Source: Mobula hypostoma
Taxonomy: Eukaryota
Direction of reading: 5' to 3'
Assembly (NCBI RefSeq): GCF_963921235.1
Contig: NC_086097.1
Span: 236,780,001 to 236,844,000, forward strand
DNA length: 64,000 nucleotides
Positions 37,701 to 50,400 of the stretch are shown here, piece after piece; within the stretch, counting starts at the first letter, position 1; each line of letters starts with the position of its first letter. The position numbers and the translations under genes are program-made. The notes beneath the pieces were generated by a model, which worked only from the letters and a program-made list of their open reading frames with translations, was not told where the DNA came from and did no database searches.

Positions 37701-39500
37701 GGCTGGTGGGGTGGTAGGTGAGGACCAGGGGAACCCTATTACTAGTGGGGTGGCGGGATGATGGAGTGAGAGCAGATGTACGTGAAATGGGGGAGATGCG
37801 TTTAAGAGCAGAGTTGATAGTGGAGGAAGGGAAGCCCCTTTCTTTAAAAAAGGAAGACATCTCCCTCGTCCTAGAATGAAAAGCCTCATCCTGAGAGCAG
37901 ATGCAGCTGAGACAGAGGAATTGCGAGAAGGGAATGGCGTTTTTGCAAGAGACAGGGTGAGAAGAGGAATAGTCCAGATAGCTGTGAGAGTCAGTAGGCT
38001 TATAGTAGATATCAGTGGATAAGCTGTCTCCAGAGACGGAGACAGAAAGATCTAGAAAGGGGAGGGAGGTGTCGGAAATGGACCAGGTAAACTTGAGGGC
38101 AGGGTGAAAGTTGGAGGCAAAGTTAATAAAGTCAACGAGTTCTGCATGCGTCCAGGAAGCAGCGCCAATGCAGTCGTCAATGTAGCGAAGGAAAAGTGGG
38201 GGACAGATACCAGAATAGGCACGGAACATAGATTGTTCCACAAAGCCAACAAAAAGGCAGGCATAGCTAGGACCCATACGGATGCCCATAGCTACACCTT
38301 TAGTTTGGAGGAAGTGGGAGGAGCCAAAGGAGAAATTATTAAGAGTAAGGACTAATTCCGCTAGACGGAGCAGAGTGGTGGTAGAGGGGAACTGATTAGG
38401 TCTGGAATCCAAAAAGAAGCGTAGAGCTTTGAGACCATGCTGATAGGGGATGGAAGTATATAGGGACTGGACATCCATGGTGAAAATAAAGCGGTGGGGG
38501 CCAGGGAACTTAAAATCATCAAAAAGTTTAAGAGCGTAACTTAAAATCATCCTTTGCCTATCATCCTAATCCTAGCTATGCCTGCCTTTTTGTTGGCTTT
38601 GTGGAACAATCTATGTTCCGTGCCTATTCTGGTATCTGTCCCCCACTTTTCCTTCGCTACATCGACGACTGCATTGGCGCTGCTTCCTGCATGCATGCAG
38701 AGCTCGTTGACTTTATTAACTTTGCCTCCAACTTTCACCCTGCCCTCAAGTTTACCTGGTCCATTTCCGACACCTCCCTCCCCTTTCTAGATCTTTCTGT
38801 CTCTGTCTCTGGAGACAGCTTATCCACTGATGTCTACTATAAGCCTACTGACTCTCACAGCTATCTGGACTATTCCTCTTCTCACCCAGACAACAGGAAT
38901 TCTGCAGATGCTGGAAATTCAAGCAACATACATCAAAGTTGCTGATGAACGCAGCAGGCCAAGCAGCATCTGTAGGAAGAGGTGCAGTCAACGTTTCAGG
39001 CCGAGACCCTTCGTCAGGACTTCTTCTCACCCTGTCTCTTGCAAAAACGCCATCCCCTTCTTGCAATTCCTCCGTCTCCGCCGCATCTGCTCTCAGGATG
39101 AGGCTTTTCATTCTAGGACGAGGGAGATGTCTTCCTTTTTTAAAGAAAGGGGCTTCCCTTCCTCCACTATCAACTCTGCTCTTAAACGCATCTCCCCCAT
39201 TTCACGTACATCTGCTCTCACTCCATCCTCCCGCTACCCCACTAGGAATAGGGTTCCCCTGGTCCTCACCTACCAGCCCACCAGCCTCCGGGTCCAACAT
39301 ATTATTCTCCGTAACTTCCGCCACCTCCAACGGGATCCCACCACTAAGCACATCTTTCCCTCCCCCCCCTCTGCATTCTGCAGGGATCGCTCCCTACGCA
39401 ACTCCCTTGTCCATTCGTCCCCCCCATCCCTCCCCACTGATCTCCCTCCTGGCATTTATCCGTGTAAGCGGAACAAGTGCTACACATGCCCTTACACTTC
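31780..39500 (+). repeat. Direct copy of ~20876-28600 (CR1 A, CR1 B, Rex1, LTR part, Penelope D and E)
   Basis: Identical ORF set at constant offset 10904 (20810/31714, 24068/34972, 27926/38830). Confidence 0.95.
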
Positions 39501-40293
39501 CTCCCTTACCACCATTCAGGGCCCCAAACAGTCCTTCCAGGTGAGGCAACACTTCACCTGTGAGTCGACTGGGGTGATATACTGCGTCCGGTGCTCCCGA
39601 TGTGGCCTTTTATATATTGGCGAGACCCGACGCAGACTGGGAGACCGCTTTGCTGAACATCTACGCTCTGTCCGCCAGAGAAAGCAGGATCTCCCAGTGG
39701 CCACACATTTTAATTCCACATCCCATTCCCATTCTGACATGTCTATCCACGGCCTCCTCTACTGTAAAGATGAAGCCACACTCAGGTTAGAGGAACAACA
39801 CCTTATATTCCGTCTGGGTAGCCTCCAACCTGATGGCATGAACATCGACTTCTCTAACTTCCACTAATACCCCACCTCCCCCTTGTACCCCTTCTGTTAC
39901 TTATTTTTATACACACATTCTTTCTCTCACTCTCCTTTTTCTCCCTCTGTCCCTCTGAATATACCCCTTGCCCATCCTCTGGGTCCCCCCCCCCTGTCTT
40001 TCTTCCCGGACCTCCTGTCCCATGATTTTCTCGTATCCCTTTTGCCTATCACCTGTCCAGCTCTTGGCTCCATCCCTCCCCTCCTGTCTTCTCCTATCAT
40101 TTTGGATCTCCCCCTCCCCCTCCAACTTTCAAATCCCTTACTCACGCTTCCTTCAGTTAGTCCTGACGAAGGGTCTCAGCCTGAAACATCGACTGCACCT
40201 CTTCCTAGAGATGCTGCCTGGCCTGCTGCGTTCACCAACTTTTATGTGTGTTGCTTGAATTTCCAGCATCTGCAGAATTCCTGTTGTTTGCGT
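38570..40293 (+). mobile_element. Penelope copy E, non-recombinant; hammerhead motif at 40159-40194
   Basis: RT-GIY-YIG ORF 38830..39867; pLTR ends at cctgttgtttgcgt, followed by the TSD copy CTAACTCTGGACA. Confidence 0.95.
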
Positions 40294-40556
40294 CTAACTC
40301 TGGACATACTGTTTATAGAGGTGGCCTTCTCACTGTTGAGACATGTGGCTGTTAGCTGAGTTAGCTATTGAGCCAAGTTTGCCTATGAGCCTGGTGAGAG
40401 GGTAACACTTATAAAGGGGGCTCAAAACTGTTCATAACACTCCAAGTGAGGCCTCACCAGTGCCTTATAAAACCTCAGTACTACATCCTTGCTTTTACAT
40501 TCTATTCCTCTTTAAATGAATGCTAACCACCAACTCAACTATATGTTAACCTTTAG

Positions 40557-41497
40557 GGATGATGGGGTGGTAAATTGGATTAGTAAATATTCAGATGATA
40601 CTAAGATAGGTTGTGTTGTGGAAAATGAAGTAGGTTTTCAAAGCTTGCAGAGAGATTTGGGCCAGTTAGAAGAGTGGGCTGAAAGATGGCAGATGGAGTT
40701 TAATGCTGATAAGTGTGAGGTGCTACATTTTGGTAGGACTAATCAAAATAGGACATACATGGTAAATGGTAGGGCATTGAAGAACGCAGTAGAACAGAGG
40801 GATCTAGGAATAATGGTGCATAGTTCCCTGAAGGTGGAATCTCATGTGGATAGGGTGGTGAAGAAAGCCTTTTGTATGCTGGCCTTTATAAATCAGAGTA
40901 TTGAGCATAGGAGTTGGAATGTAATGCTAAAATTGTACAAGGCATAGGTGAGGCCAAATTTAGAGTACTGTATACAGTTCAGGTTACCAAATTATAGGAA
41001 AGATGTCAACAAATAGAGTACAGAAGAGATTTACTAGTATGTTACCTGGGTTTCAGCACTTAAGTTACAGAGAAAGGTTGAACAAGTTTGGTCTTTATTC
41101 TTTGGAGCGTAGAAGGTTGAGGGAGGACTTGATAGAGGTATTTAAAATTATGAGGGGGATAGATAGAGTTGACGTAGATAGGCTTTTTCCATTGAGAGTG
41201 GGGGAGATTCAAACAAGAGGGCATGAGTTGAGAGTTAAGGGGCAAAAGTTTAGGGGTAACATGAGGGGGAACTTCTTTACTCAGAGAGTGGTAGCAGTGT
41301 GGAATGAGATTCCAGTAGAAGTGGTAGAGGCAGGTTCGATTTTGTCATTAAAAAAAATTGGATAGGTATATGGACAGGAAAGGAATGGAGGGTTATGGGC
41401 TGAGTTCAGGTAGACTAGGTGAGAGTAAGTGTTCGGCACGGACTAGAAGGGCCAAGATGGCCTGTTTCCGTGCTGTAATTGTTTTATGGTTATATTA
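40557..41497 (+). mobile_element. 5'-truncated CR1
   Basis: WISKYSDDTK..WQMEFN peptide, CR1 3' UTR; same subfamily as 17001-17862. Confidence 0.9.
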
Positions 41498-43599
41498 CTG
41501 TATGAGGACTCCCAATTCCCTTTGCACCTCAGAGTTTTAAATTTCCTGGCTGGGTAGAAAGTAGTCTGTGTTTTTGTTCCTTCTACTAAACTGCATGTCC
41601 ATATGTTTCCCCACACTGTATTACATCTGTCATTTCTTTCCCCATTCTCTTAATCTGTCTAAATTTTTCTGTAGTCTCTCCATTTCCTCAAAACTATCTT
41701 CCCCTCCACCTAGCTTTGTATCTTCCACAAACCTGGCCACAAGGACATCAATTCTATCATCCAAGTCATTGACATATAAGATAAGAAAAGCAGTCCCTGC
41801 AGAACACCACTAGTCACTAGCAGCCAGCCATAAAAGGCCTCCTTTATTCCCACTCTTTGTCTCCTACTAATCAGCCAATCCTCTATCTGTGCTAATACCT
41901 TTCCTGTAATACCATGGAACCTTATCTTGTTAAGTAGTCTCATGTGTGGCTCCTTGGCAAAAGCATTCTGAAAATCCAAGTACATAACATCCACTGATTC
42001 CCCACTTGTTATTTGCCCAAAGATTTCCAATGGATTTTTCAGGCAAGATTTTCCCTTAAGGAAATCATGCTGATTTTGGTCTGTTTTATAATATTCCCCC
42101 AAGTACCCTGAGACCTCATCTTTAACAATCCACATCAACTTTTTCCCAACTACTAACTTAGCCTATAATTTCCTTTCTTCTGCCTCTCTCCCTTCTTGAG
42201 GAGTGGAGTAACATTTGCAATTTTGCAGTCCTGCAGAACCATGCAAGAATCTATTGATTCTTGAAATATCATTACTAATACTAATACTTCCACTATTTCT
42301 GTAGCTATATTATTCAGAACATTGGGGTGTAGTCCATCTGATATAGGTGACTTATCTACCTTCAAATTTTCAGCTTCCTAAGCACCTTCTCCGTAGTAAT
42401 ACAAATTGAACTCACTTCTGCCCTCTGACTCTCTTGAACTTCCAGCATACTGCTAGCGTCTTCCACAGTGAACACAGATGCAAAATATACATTTAGTTGT
42501 CCACCATTTCCTTGTCCTTCATTGCTCTATTACATGCATTAGCTTTTGCTTTTATGGTGTTCTTGACTTCCCCTATCAGCCACGGTTCCAGCATCCTGCC
42601 TTTCAAACACTTCTTCTCCTTTGGGATGTATCTATCCTGCACCTTCCGAATTTCTCCCAGAAACTCCAGCCACTGCTGTTCTGCCATCATCCCTGCTAAT
42701 GTTTCCTTGCAATCAACTTCGGCCAGCTCCCCTCTCATGCCTCACTAATTCCCTTTTCTCCAGTGTAATATTAATGTATCAGACTTTAGCTTCTTCCTCT
42801 CAAATTGCAGGGTGAATTTTATCATACGTTCATTCACTCCTAAGGGTTCATTTACCTTAAACTCCCTAATCAAATTCAGTTCATTATACAGCACCTAATC
42901 CAGACTTGCCTTTCCCCGAGTGGGCACAACCACAAGCTGCTGTAAAAACCCTTCTTATAGGCATTCTACAAATTACCTCTCGGTACCAACCTGATTTTCC
43001 CAAGTGGCCTGGATATTGAAATCTCTGATAACTATTGTAACATTGCCTTTTTGACATGCATTTTTTATCTCCCATTATAATTTGTAGACCATGTCCTGGC
43101 TACCACTTGAAGGCCTGTATATAACTCCTATCAGGGTATTTTTAACTTTGCAGTTTCTTAACTCTACCCACAAGGATTCTACATTTTCTGATCCTGTATC
43201 ACCTCTTTCTAAGGATTAGAATTAATTTTTAACCAACTGAGCCACTCTATCCCCTCTGCCTACCTGCCTGTCTTTTTGATACAAGGTGTATCCTTGGATG
43301 TTAAGCTCCCAACTGTGTTCTCCTTTCATTTACAACTCAGTGATGCCCACAGTGTCATGAACACTGATCTCTAAATGCGCTGCAAGATCATTCACCTTAT
43401 TCTCTATACTGCAGTCTTCTGGAACGTCACCAGCAGCTAATGATGAAGCAAATATCTGTACAAAGCAGTCTGTTAATGTACTTCAGGAGAAAAGAAAAAA
43501 AGCATCCCAGAGAAATTGCTGCCTTTATTCCGGGTAAATGCTTCCATGGAAACTTTTTGACTTGAAGGATGTTGGCTTAATTCTCTTCTGTTTTCTGTT

Positions 43600-44035
43600 T
43601 CATGGAACATAGACTCTGGGGCCTTCCATTGGCCTAGACTGGCCGTGGATGTTGCGTGACAACTGTCTATATGATGTGCAAGCCAATACACAAGTAAGCT
43701 GCTGCCCATGCAGTAGGCTCCACCTCTCCAGGTAGCCGATGAATCCAAAGGAATGGTAGAGACCGATACAGGTTGACATCAGCAGCATCACAGGACTTAA
43801 CAGTCAACATTGAACTCAACATAGGACGGCCTTAGGGACTTTGGCTCCAGATTTTTCCTTGAGTTTACAGCCGAAGCCTTACCCAAGAGTGGGTATAGCC
43901 GGAAGGCAGCAAAGGTTTGAGATCAGAGTTTTCCTTCTCCTAGCTGAGCTGCCAGCCACAGTTGACAAACCCCATCTGCCCAAAGCGACTTGTATTACGG
44001 TGCCAGCAACCCACCTTTGCTCCTTCTCCTGTCAA
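43600..44035 (-). mobile_element. RTE-related non-autonomous element / 5' UTR fragment
   Basis: Minus-strand ctaggagaaggaaaactctgatctcaaacc motif that I associate with RTE 5' UTRs (recalled, not verified). Confidence 0.45.
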
Positions 44036-44249
44036 AGATACAGCATAGTATACGCCCTTCAGCTCACAATGTTGTACTGACCATTTAAAGTACTCCAAGG
44101 TCAATTTAACCCATTGCTCCTACATAACCAGGCATTTTTTCTTCCATCCATGTGCTTACTCGAGAGTCTCTTATATGATGGTAATGTACCAGCCTCCACT
44201 GCGCTCCTTGTCAGTGCAATCCATGTACTCATTGCTCTTGTATAAGTTT

Positions 44250-44525
44250 TTATTTATTTTTTATTTATTTAGAGATATAGTGTGGAACAGGCCCTTCTAG
44301 CCCAATAACTCGCAATGCCCAGCAACCCACCTATTTAACCTTCGCTTAACCACAGAACAATTTACAATGAGCAATGAACCTATTAACCGATACGTCTTTG
44401 GAATGTGCGAGGAAACCGAAAGCCAAAGGACACATTCGCGGGAAGAAAGTGCAAACTCTTTACAGACCGTGTCGGACCTGAACACGAACTCCGAACCCCC
44501 AAGCTGCAATATTGTCACACTAACC
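44250..44525 (-). mobile_element. tRNA-derived SINE
   Basis: Core gtctttggaatgtg..aggaaacc shared with other copies in the window; AT-rich tail. Confidence 0.7.
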
Positions 44526-45629
44526 CCACCTCCGACACCCCCCACCCCATATTTTCCTGCAATCATCTTAAATGGCTGTGTATTAGCCATTTCTACCCGG
44601 AGAAAAAGTCTCTGGATTTCCACTCAATCTGTGCCTCCTATCATCCTGTACACCTCTATCAAGTCATTTCTCAACCTTCTTTGCTCCAAAATGAGAAGCC
44701 GTACCCATCTTCACATGACCTATCCTCATAAAACCTATCCTCTTAAGCCTCCTAGCAAAGAAAAGCATGATCCAACAGGCAACTGCAGGGTCACTAAAGG
44801 CTCTGTCCTGACAATAACTTTTTCCAAGGACACGGATTGCAGCAGGTGGGACACTAAGTAATATAATTACTAGCTAATTAGTTATAAAATTGCCCAGATG
44901 CCACTACATTGCTTCAAGGATATTTCAGAAATCAGATTTTTGCATCAATAAGATACATAACAGGAAATAAAAATAACAGGTTTAGAAAGCCAGGTAGTGA
45001 TGGTACAGCAATCGAACTAATTGGACCTTAAATGTAATTAATCTGTCCTTTGCAGAATTGGAAATAATTGGAAGTTACAAGTTTGGAAATATGAATTGAT
45101 AGCCCTGATGAAAGGTTATCGGTTTAAAATGCCAAATCGTCATTACACAGAGAGCAGTGAGCACCTGGAATGAGCTGACAGAGGAAGTGATAGAGGTGGG
45201 TATCTTTGCAACATTTAAAAGGCATAGGTACATGAAGGGGGCGACTTGTAAAGTTATGGGCCAAATGCAGACAACTGGGACTAGCAGGCAGGGTGCTGAG
45301 GTCAGCATAGATCACAGTTGGGCCGAAGGGTATGTTTCTGCATTGTGTTTTTCTATGATTTAATGACCCCATTTGTGCTGCTTCATTGGTTGAATATTTT
45401 CAATGTTTTCGTGTTTAAAATCAAAAGAGCAGAGTGAGTCCATTGGAGATTATACTGTGGCATTGAAAATCCTTTCAATACATCATGGCTTCAGGGAGTT
45501 ACTTAATATAGATGAGCTGATGTTAATTAATTGATGAGAAATTTCTCAGTGCACCTGAGATGACTTTTAAAAAAGCCTCTGTGGAGATGGCAGCTTTAAA
45601 TGCTTAAGTGTTTCATCTACCACAGCTGG

Positions 45630-45870
45630 GCAGTCCTGTGGTTTAGTATACCACTATTATAGCATCTACAACCCAGGTTCAATTCCTCCGCGGTCTGTAC
45701 GTTCTCCTAGTGACCACGTATATTTCCTCCTGATGCCTTAGTATCCTCCCTCATTCCAAAGACATGTGGGTTAGTAGATTAATCATGGATCTAATTAGGT
45801 GGTGTGAACTTGTTGGGCTGGAGGTGCCTGCTACTGTGCTAGATCGCTAAATATAATATAAAATATAAAT
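45630..45870 (+). mobile_element. tRNA-derived SINE
   Basis: B-box-like ggttcaattcc, cattccaaagac core, A-rich tail. Confidence 0.7.
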
Positions 45871-46229
45871 CATCACAGAGATGTTCCACAAAATCTAAGA
45901 TGTTAGCATGGGTCACCTCAATGCCTGTGTATGATTTGTTGAACATGGGGTGGCTGATGCGTGGACAGCCACATACCATTAAATAAGCTGCATTCTCAAC
46001 AATATAAGTAAACACACATCTTTACACAAAGGAACACCATTAGATAAAAAAAAAAGACAAAGTCTATTTTACAAAAGGTGATTGAAGAGGCCATTCTGCT
46101 GCTAAACTCTAGTAATTTGTTTGGTCTAGATACTTAAAGGAAAGTAGATGCTTTTGAACCTGATGTTGTGGGACTTGACTTCATGCTTCTGGTAGCTGTA
46201 AGAAGATGACGGTGTGGATCTTTGATGAT

Positions 46230-46307
46230 CAAGGGTTCTCAACAGGGTCCAAGGACCCCTTGCTTAATAGTGTTGGTCCCTAGCACAAAACAGGTTGAAA
46301 TCCCCTG
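46230..46307. mobile_element. hAT-type MITE
   Basis: TIRs CAAGGGTTCTCAAC / GTTGAAATCCCCTG; 8-bp TSD TTGATGA(T/A). Confidence 0.85.
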
Positions 46308-46309
46308 TT

Positions 46310-46610
46310 GATGAAGAATGTGTAGCTCTTGTGGCAGTGTCTCCTGTTGTTGCTACTGACAGTAGGGAGGGATATGCCTGTGATGTATTGAGTAGAGCTC
46401 ACTAATCTCTGTACTTCTTGCATTCCTCTACATTTGAACTGCTGTACCAGACCATGAGGCAACCAATTAGAATACCTTAAATAGTACATTTGTGGAAGTT
46501 TGTTACAGTGTTCAGTGACAAGGTAAACCTCCCTAACCTTCTAAGAAGGCAAAGATGCTGGCCTAATTTCCTCAAGATTGCATCAATGTGCTGGGTCCAG
46601 GACAGTTAAG
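46310..46610 (-). mobile_element. Degenerate Rex1-type LINE fragment
   Basis: Similar to 24068..24634 region (QRLVSSTQYITG.SLP). Confidence 0.55.
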
Positions 46611-46779
46611 CTCAATTGTTATTTAACAACTAATTGAAACAACATTCCTGTAGGGTTAAGGTGCAAAACACAGAGATAAAGTCACACACGCATATATAGA
46701 CAGAGAGACAATGAACATTGACAGGTCATCTGACAGGATGCAAGTAAGAGACTTCGTGACACAGGTCCCCCTTCCAGCA

Positions 46780-47140
46780 CTCATCATCATTATGTGCCAT
46801 ATCATATGACATAGGTGATCATGATTGTTCTTGGCAATTTTTTTCTGCAGAGTGGTTTGCCATTGCCACCTTCTGGGCAGTGTCTTTACAAGTCAGGTGG
46901 TCCTAGCCATTATCAATACTCTTCAGAGATTGTCTGCCTGGTGTTAGTGGTTGCATAACCAGGACTTCTGATATGCACCAGCTGCTCATACGACCATCCA
47001 CCACTGCTCCCATGGCTTCACATGACCCTGATCGGAGGGTGGGGGCTAAACTGGTGCTACACATTGCCCAAGGGTGACCTGCAGGTAGTGGAGAGAAGGA
47101 GTACCTTTGGTGGAGATGTATCTCCACGCCACCACCAGTT
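46780..47140 (-). mobile_element. SINE with RTE/BovB-type 3' end
   Basis: Minus strand ggcaatggcaaaccactctgc..ttgccaagaacaatcatg..(TGA)n tail. Confidence 0.6.
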
Positions 47141-47475
47141 TACAGCATTGCAAAGGCCCATATGGCCCGGGAGTGACCAATGATGATTGATCATGGCAAC
47201 TTGGTCAATATTCTTTTGCAACCGTCCAAAAGGTCACTGGGAGGAAAATTACATTATTTCAAGTGGCCCTGATGAGACAAGGATAATTCAGTCAATAGTA
47301 CCCTCTTTAATTTCCCAGAGGGACACAAAACAACCTTGAAATGTTCACAATCATGTCTTCTTCTCAAAAAAAATAATCAATTTTCAATTGCATAACTCTG
47401 AAGAATCATGATAGTGCAATTGCATCTCACAACCAATAATCTGTAAAGATTATGGAAACTCAAATAACACTGTAG

Positions 47476-50400
47476 AGCATAGAACAGAGAACAGCACAGC
47501 ACAGGGCCTTCGGCCCACAATGTTGTGCCGACCCTCACACCCTGCCTCCCATATAAGCCCCCACCTTAAATTCCTCCATATACCTGTCTGGTAGTCTCTT
47601 AAACTTCACCAGTGTATCTGCCTCCGCCACTGACTCACGCAGCGCATTCCACGCACCAACCACTCTCTGAGTAAAAAACCTTCCTCTAATATCCCCCTTG
47701 AACTTCCCACCTCTTACCTTAAAGCCATGTCCTCTTGTATTGAGCAGTGGTGCCTTGGGGAAGAGGCACTGGCTATCCACTCTATCTATTCCTCTTATTA
47801 TCTTGTACACCTCTATCATGTCTCCTCTCATCCTCCTTCTCTCCAAAGAGTAAAGCACTAGCTCCCTTAATCTCTGATCATAATGCATACTTTCTAAACC
47901 AGGCAGCATCCTGGTAAATATCCTCTGTACCCTTTCCAATGCTTCCACATCCTTCCTATAGTGAGGTGACCAGAACTGGACACAGTACTCCAAGTGTGGC
48001 CTAACCAGAGTTTTATAGAGCTGCATCATTACATCGTGACTCTTAAACTCTATCCCTCGACTTATGAAAGCTAACACCCCATAAGCTTTCTTAACTACCC
48101 TATCCACCTGTGAGGCAACTTTCAGGGATCTGTGGATATGTACCTCCAGATCCCTCTGCTCCTCCACACTACCAAGTATCCTGCCATTTACTTTGTACTC
48201 TGCCTTACAGTTTGTCCTTCCAAAGTGTACCACCTCACACTTCTCTGGGTTGAACTCCAACTGCCACTTCTCAGCCCACTTCTGCATCCTATCAATGTCT
48301 CTCTGCAATCTTTGACAATCCTCTACACTATCTACAACACCACCAACCTTTGTGCCGTCTGCAAACTTGCCAACCCACCCTTCTACCCCCACATCCAGGT
48401 CGTTAATAAAAATCACGAAAAGTAGGAGGTCCCAGAACCGATCCTTGTGGGACACCACTAGTCACAACCATCCAATCGGAATGTACTCCCTCCACCACCA
48501 CCCTCTGCCTTCTGCAGGCAAGCCAATTCTGAATCCACCTGGTCAAACTTCCCTGGATCCCGTGCCTTCTAACTTTCTGAATAAGTCTACCGTGTGGAAC
48601 CTTGTCAAATGCCTTATTAAAATCCATGTAGATCACATCCACTGCACTACCCTCATCTATATGCCTGGTCACCTCCTCAAAGAACTCTATCATGCTTGTT
48701 AGACACGATCTGCCCTTCAAAAAGCCATGCTGACTGTACCTGATCAGACCATGATTCTCTAAATGCCTATAGATCCTATCTCTAAGAATCTTTTCCAACA
48801 GCTTTCCCACCACAGACGTAAGGCTCACTGGTCTACAATTACCCGGACTATCCCTACTACCTTTTTTGAACAAGGGGACAACATTTGCCTCCCTCCAATC
48901 CTCCGGTACCATTCCCGTCGACAATGAGGACATAAAGATCCTAGCCAGAGGCTCAGCAATCTCTTCTCTCGCCTCGTGGAGCACCCTGGGGAATATTCCG
49001 TCAGGCCCCGGGGACTGATCTGTCTTAATGTATTTTAACAACTCCAACACCTCCTCTCCCTTAATATCAGCATGCTCCAGAACATCAACCTCACTCATAT
49101 TGTCCTCACCATCATCAAGTTCCCTCTCATTGGTGAATACCGAAGAGAAGTATTCATTGAGGGCCTCGCTCACTTCCACAGCCTCCAAGCACATCTTCCC
49201 ACCTTTATCTCTAATCGGTCCTACATTCACTCCTGTCATCCTTGTTTTCTTCAGATAATTGAAGAATGCTTTGGGGTTTTCCTTTACCCTACTTGCCAAG
49301 GCCTTCTCATGCCCCCTTCTTGCTCTTGTCAGCCCCTTCTTAAGCTCCTTTCTTGCTTCCCTATATTCCTCAATAGACCCATCTGATCCTTGCTTCCTAA
49401 ACCTCATGTATGCTGCCTTCTTCCACCTGACTAGATTTTCCACCTTACTTGTCACCCATGGTTCCTTCACCCTACCATTCTTTATCTTCCTCACCGGGAC
49501 AAATTTATCCCTAACATCCCGCAAGAGATCTCTAAACATCGACCACATGTCCATAGTACATTTCCCTGCAAAAACATCATCCCAATTCACACCCACAAGT
49601 TCTAGCCTTATAACCTCATAATTTGCCTTTCCCCAATTAAAAATTTTCCTGTCCTCTCTGATTCTATCCTTTTCCATGATAACGCTAAAGGCCAGGGAGC
49701 GGTGGTCACTGTCCCCCAGATGCTCACCCACTGAGAGATCTGTGACCTGACTCAGTTCATTACCTAGTACTAGATCTAGTATGGCATTCCCACTGGTCGG
49801 CATGTCCACATACTGTGACAGGAATCCATCCTGGACGCACTTAACAAACTCTGTCCCATCTAAACCCTTGGAACTAATCAGGTGCCAATCAATATTAGGG
49901 AAGTTAAAGTCACCCATGATAACAACCCTGTTATTTTTGCACCTTTCCAAAATCTGCCTCCCAATCTGCTTCTCTGTATCTCTGCTGCTACCAAGGAGCC
50001 TATAGAATACCCCCAGTAGAGTAACTGGTCCCTTCCTGTTCCTGACTTGCTCCCATATTGACTCAAAAGAGGATCCTGCTACATTACCCACCCTTTCTGT
50101 AGCTGTAATAGTATCCCTGACCAGTAATGCCACCCCTCCTCCCCCTTTTCCGCCCTCTCTATCCCTTTTAAAGCACTGAAATCCAGGAATATTGAGAATC
50201 CATTCCTGGTGCCAGCCAAGTCTCTGTAATGGCCACTACATCATAATTCCATGTATGTATCCAAGCTCTCAGTTCCTGATGCTTCTTGCATTGAGGTACA
50301 CACATTTCAGCCCTTCTACCTTACTGTCTTTACACCATTTATTCTGCTTCTCTTTCCTCAAAGCCTCTCTGTATGTTAGATCTGGCTTTACTCCATGCAC

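Larger units (their letters stand above)
20160..43410 (-). mobile_element. Old CR1 scaffold in pieces (20160-20275, 24731-25115, 40408-40560, 41498-43410) hosting nested insertions
   Basis: Pieces join collinearly once the inserts are removed (e.g. ttctta|taaagggggctcaaaactg). Confidence 0.75.

Noticed and set aside
45103..45135. ctgatgaaagg..aaaatg as a hammerhead/pLTR remnant
   Set aside because: GAAA and stems are absent; too decayed to call.
47265..47295. CTGATGAG as a further hammerhead core
   Set aside because: No GAAA or NUH partners with matching stems nearby.
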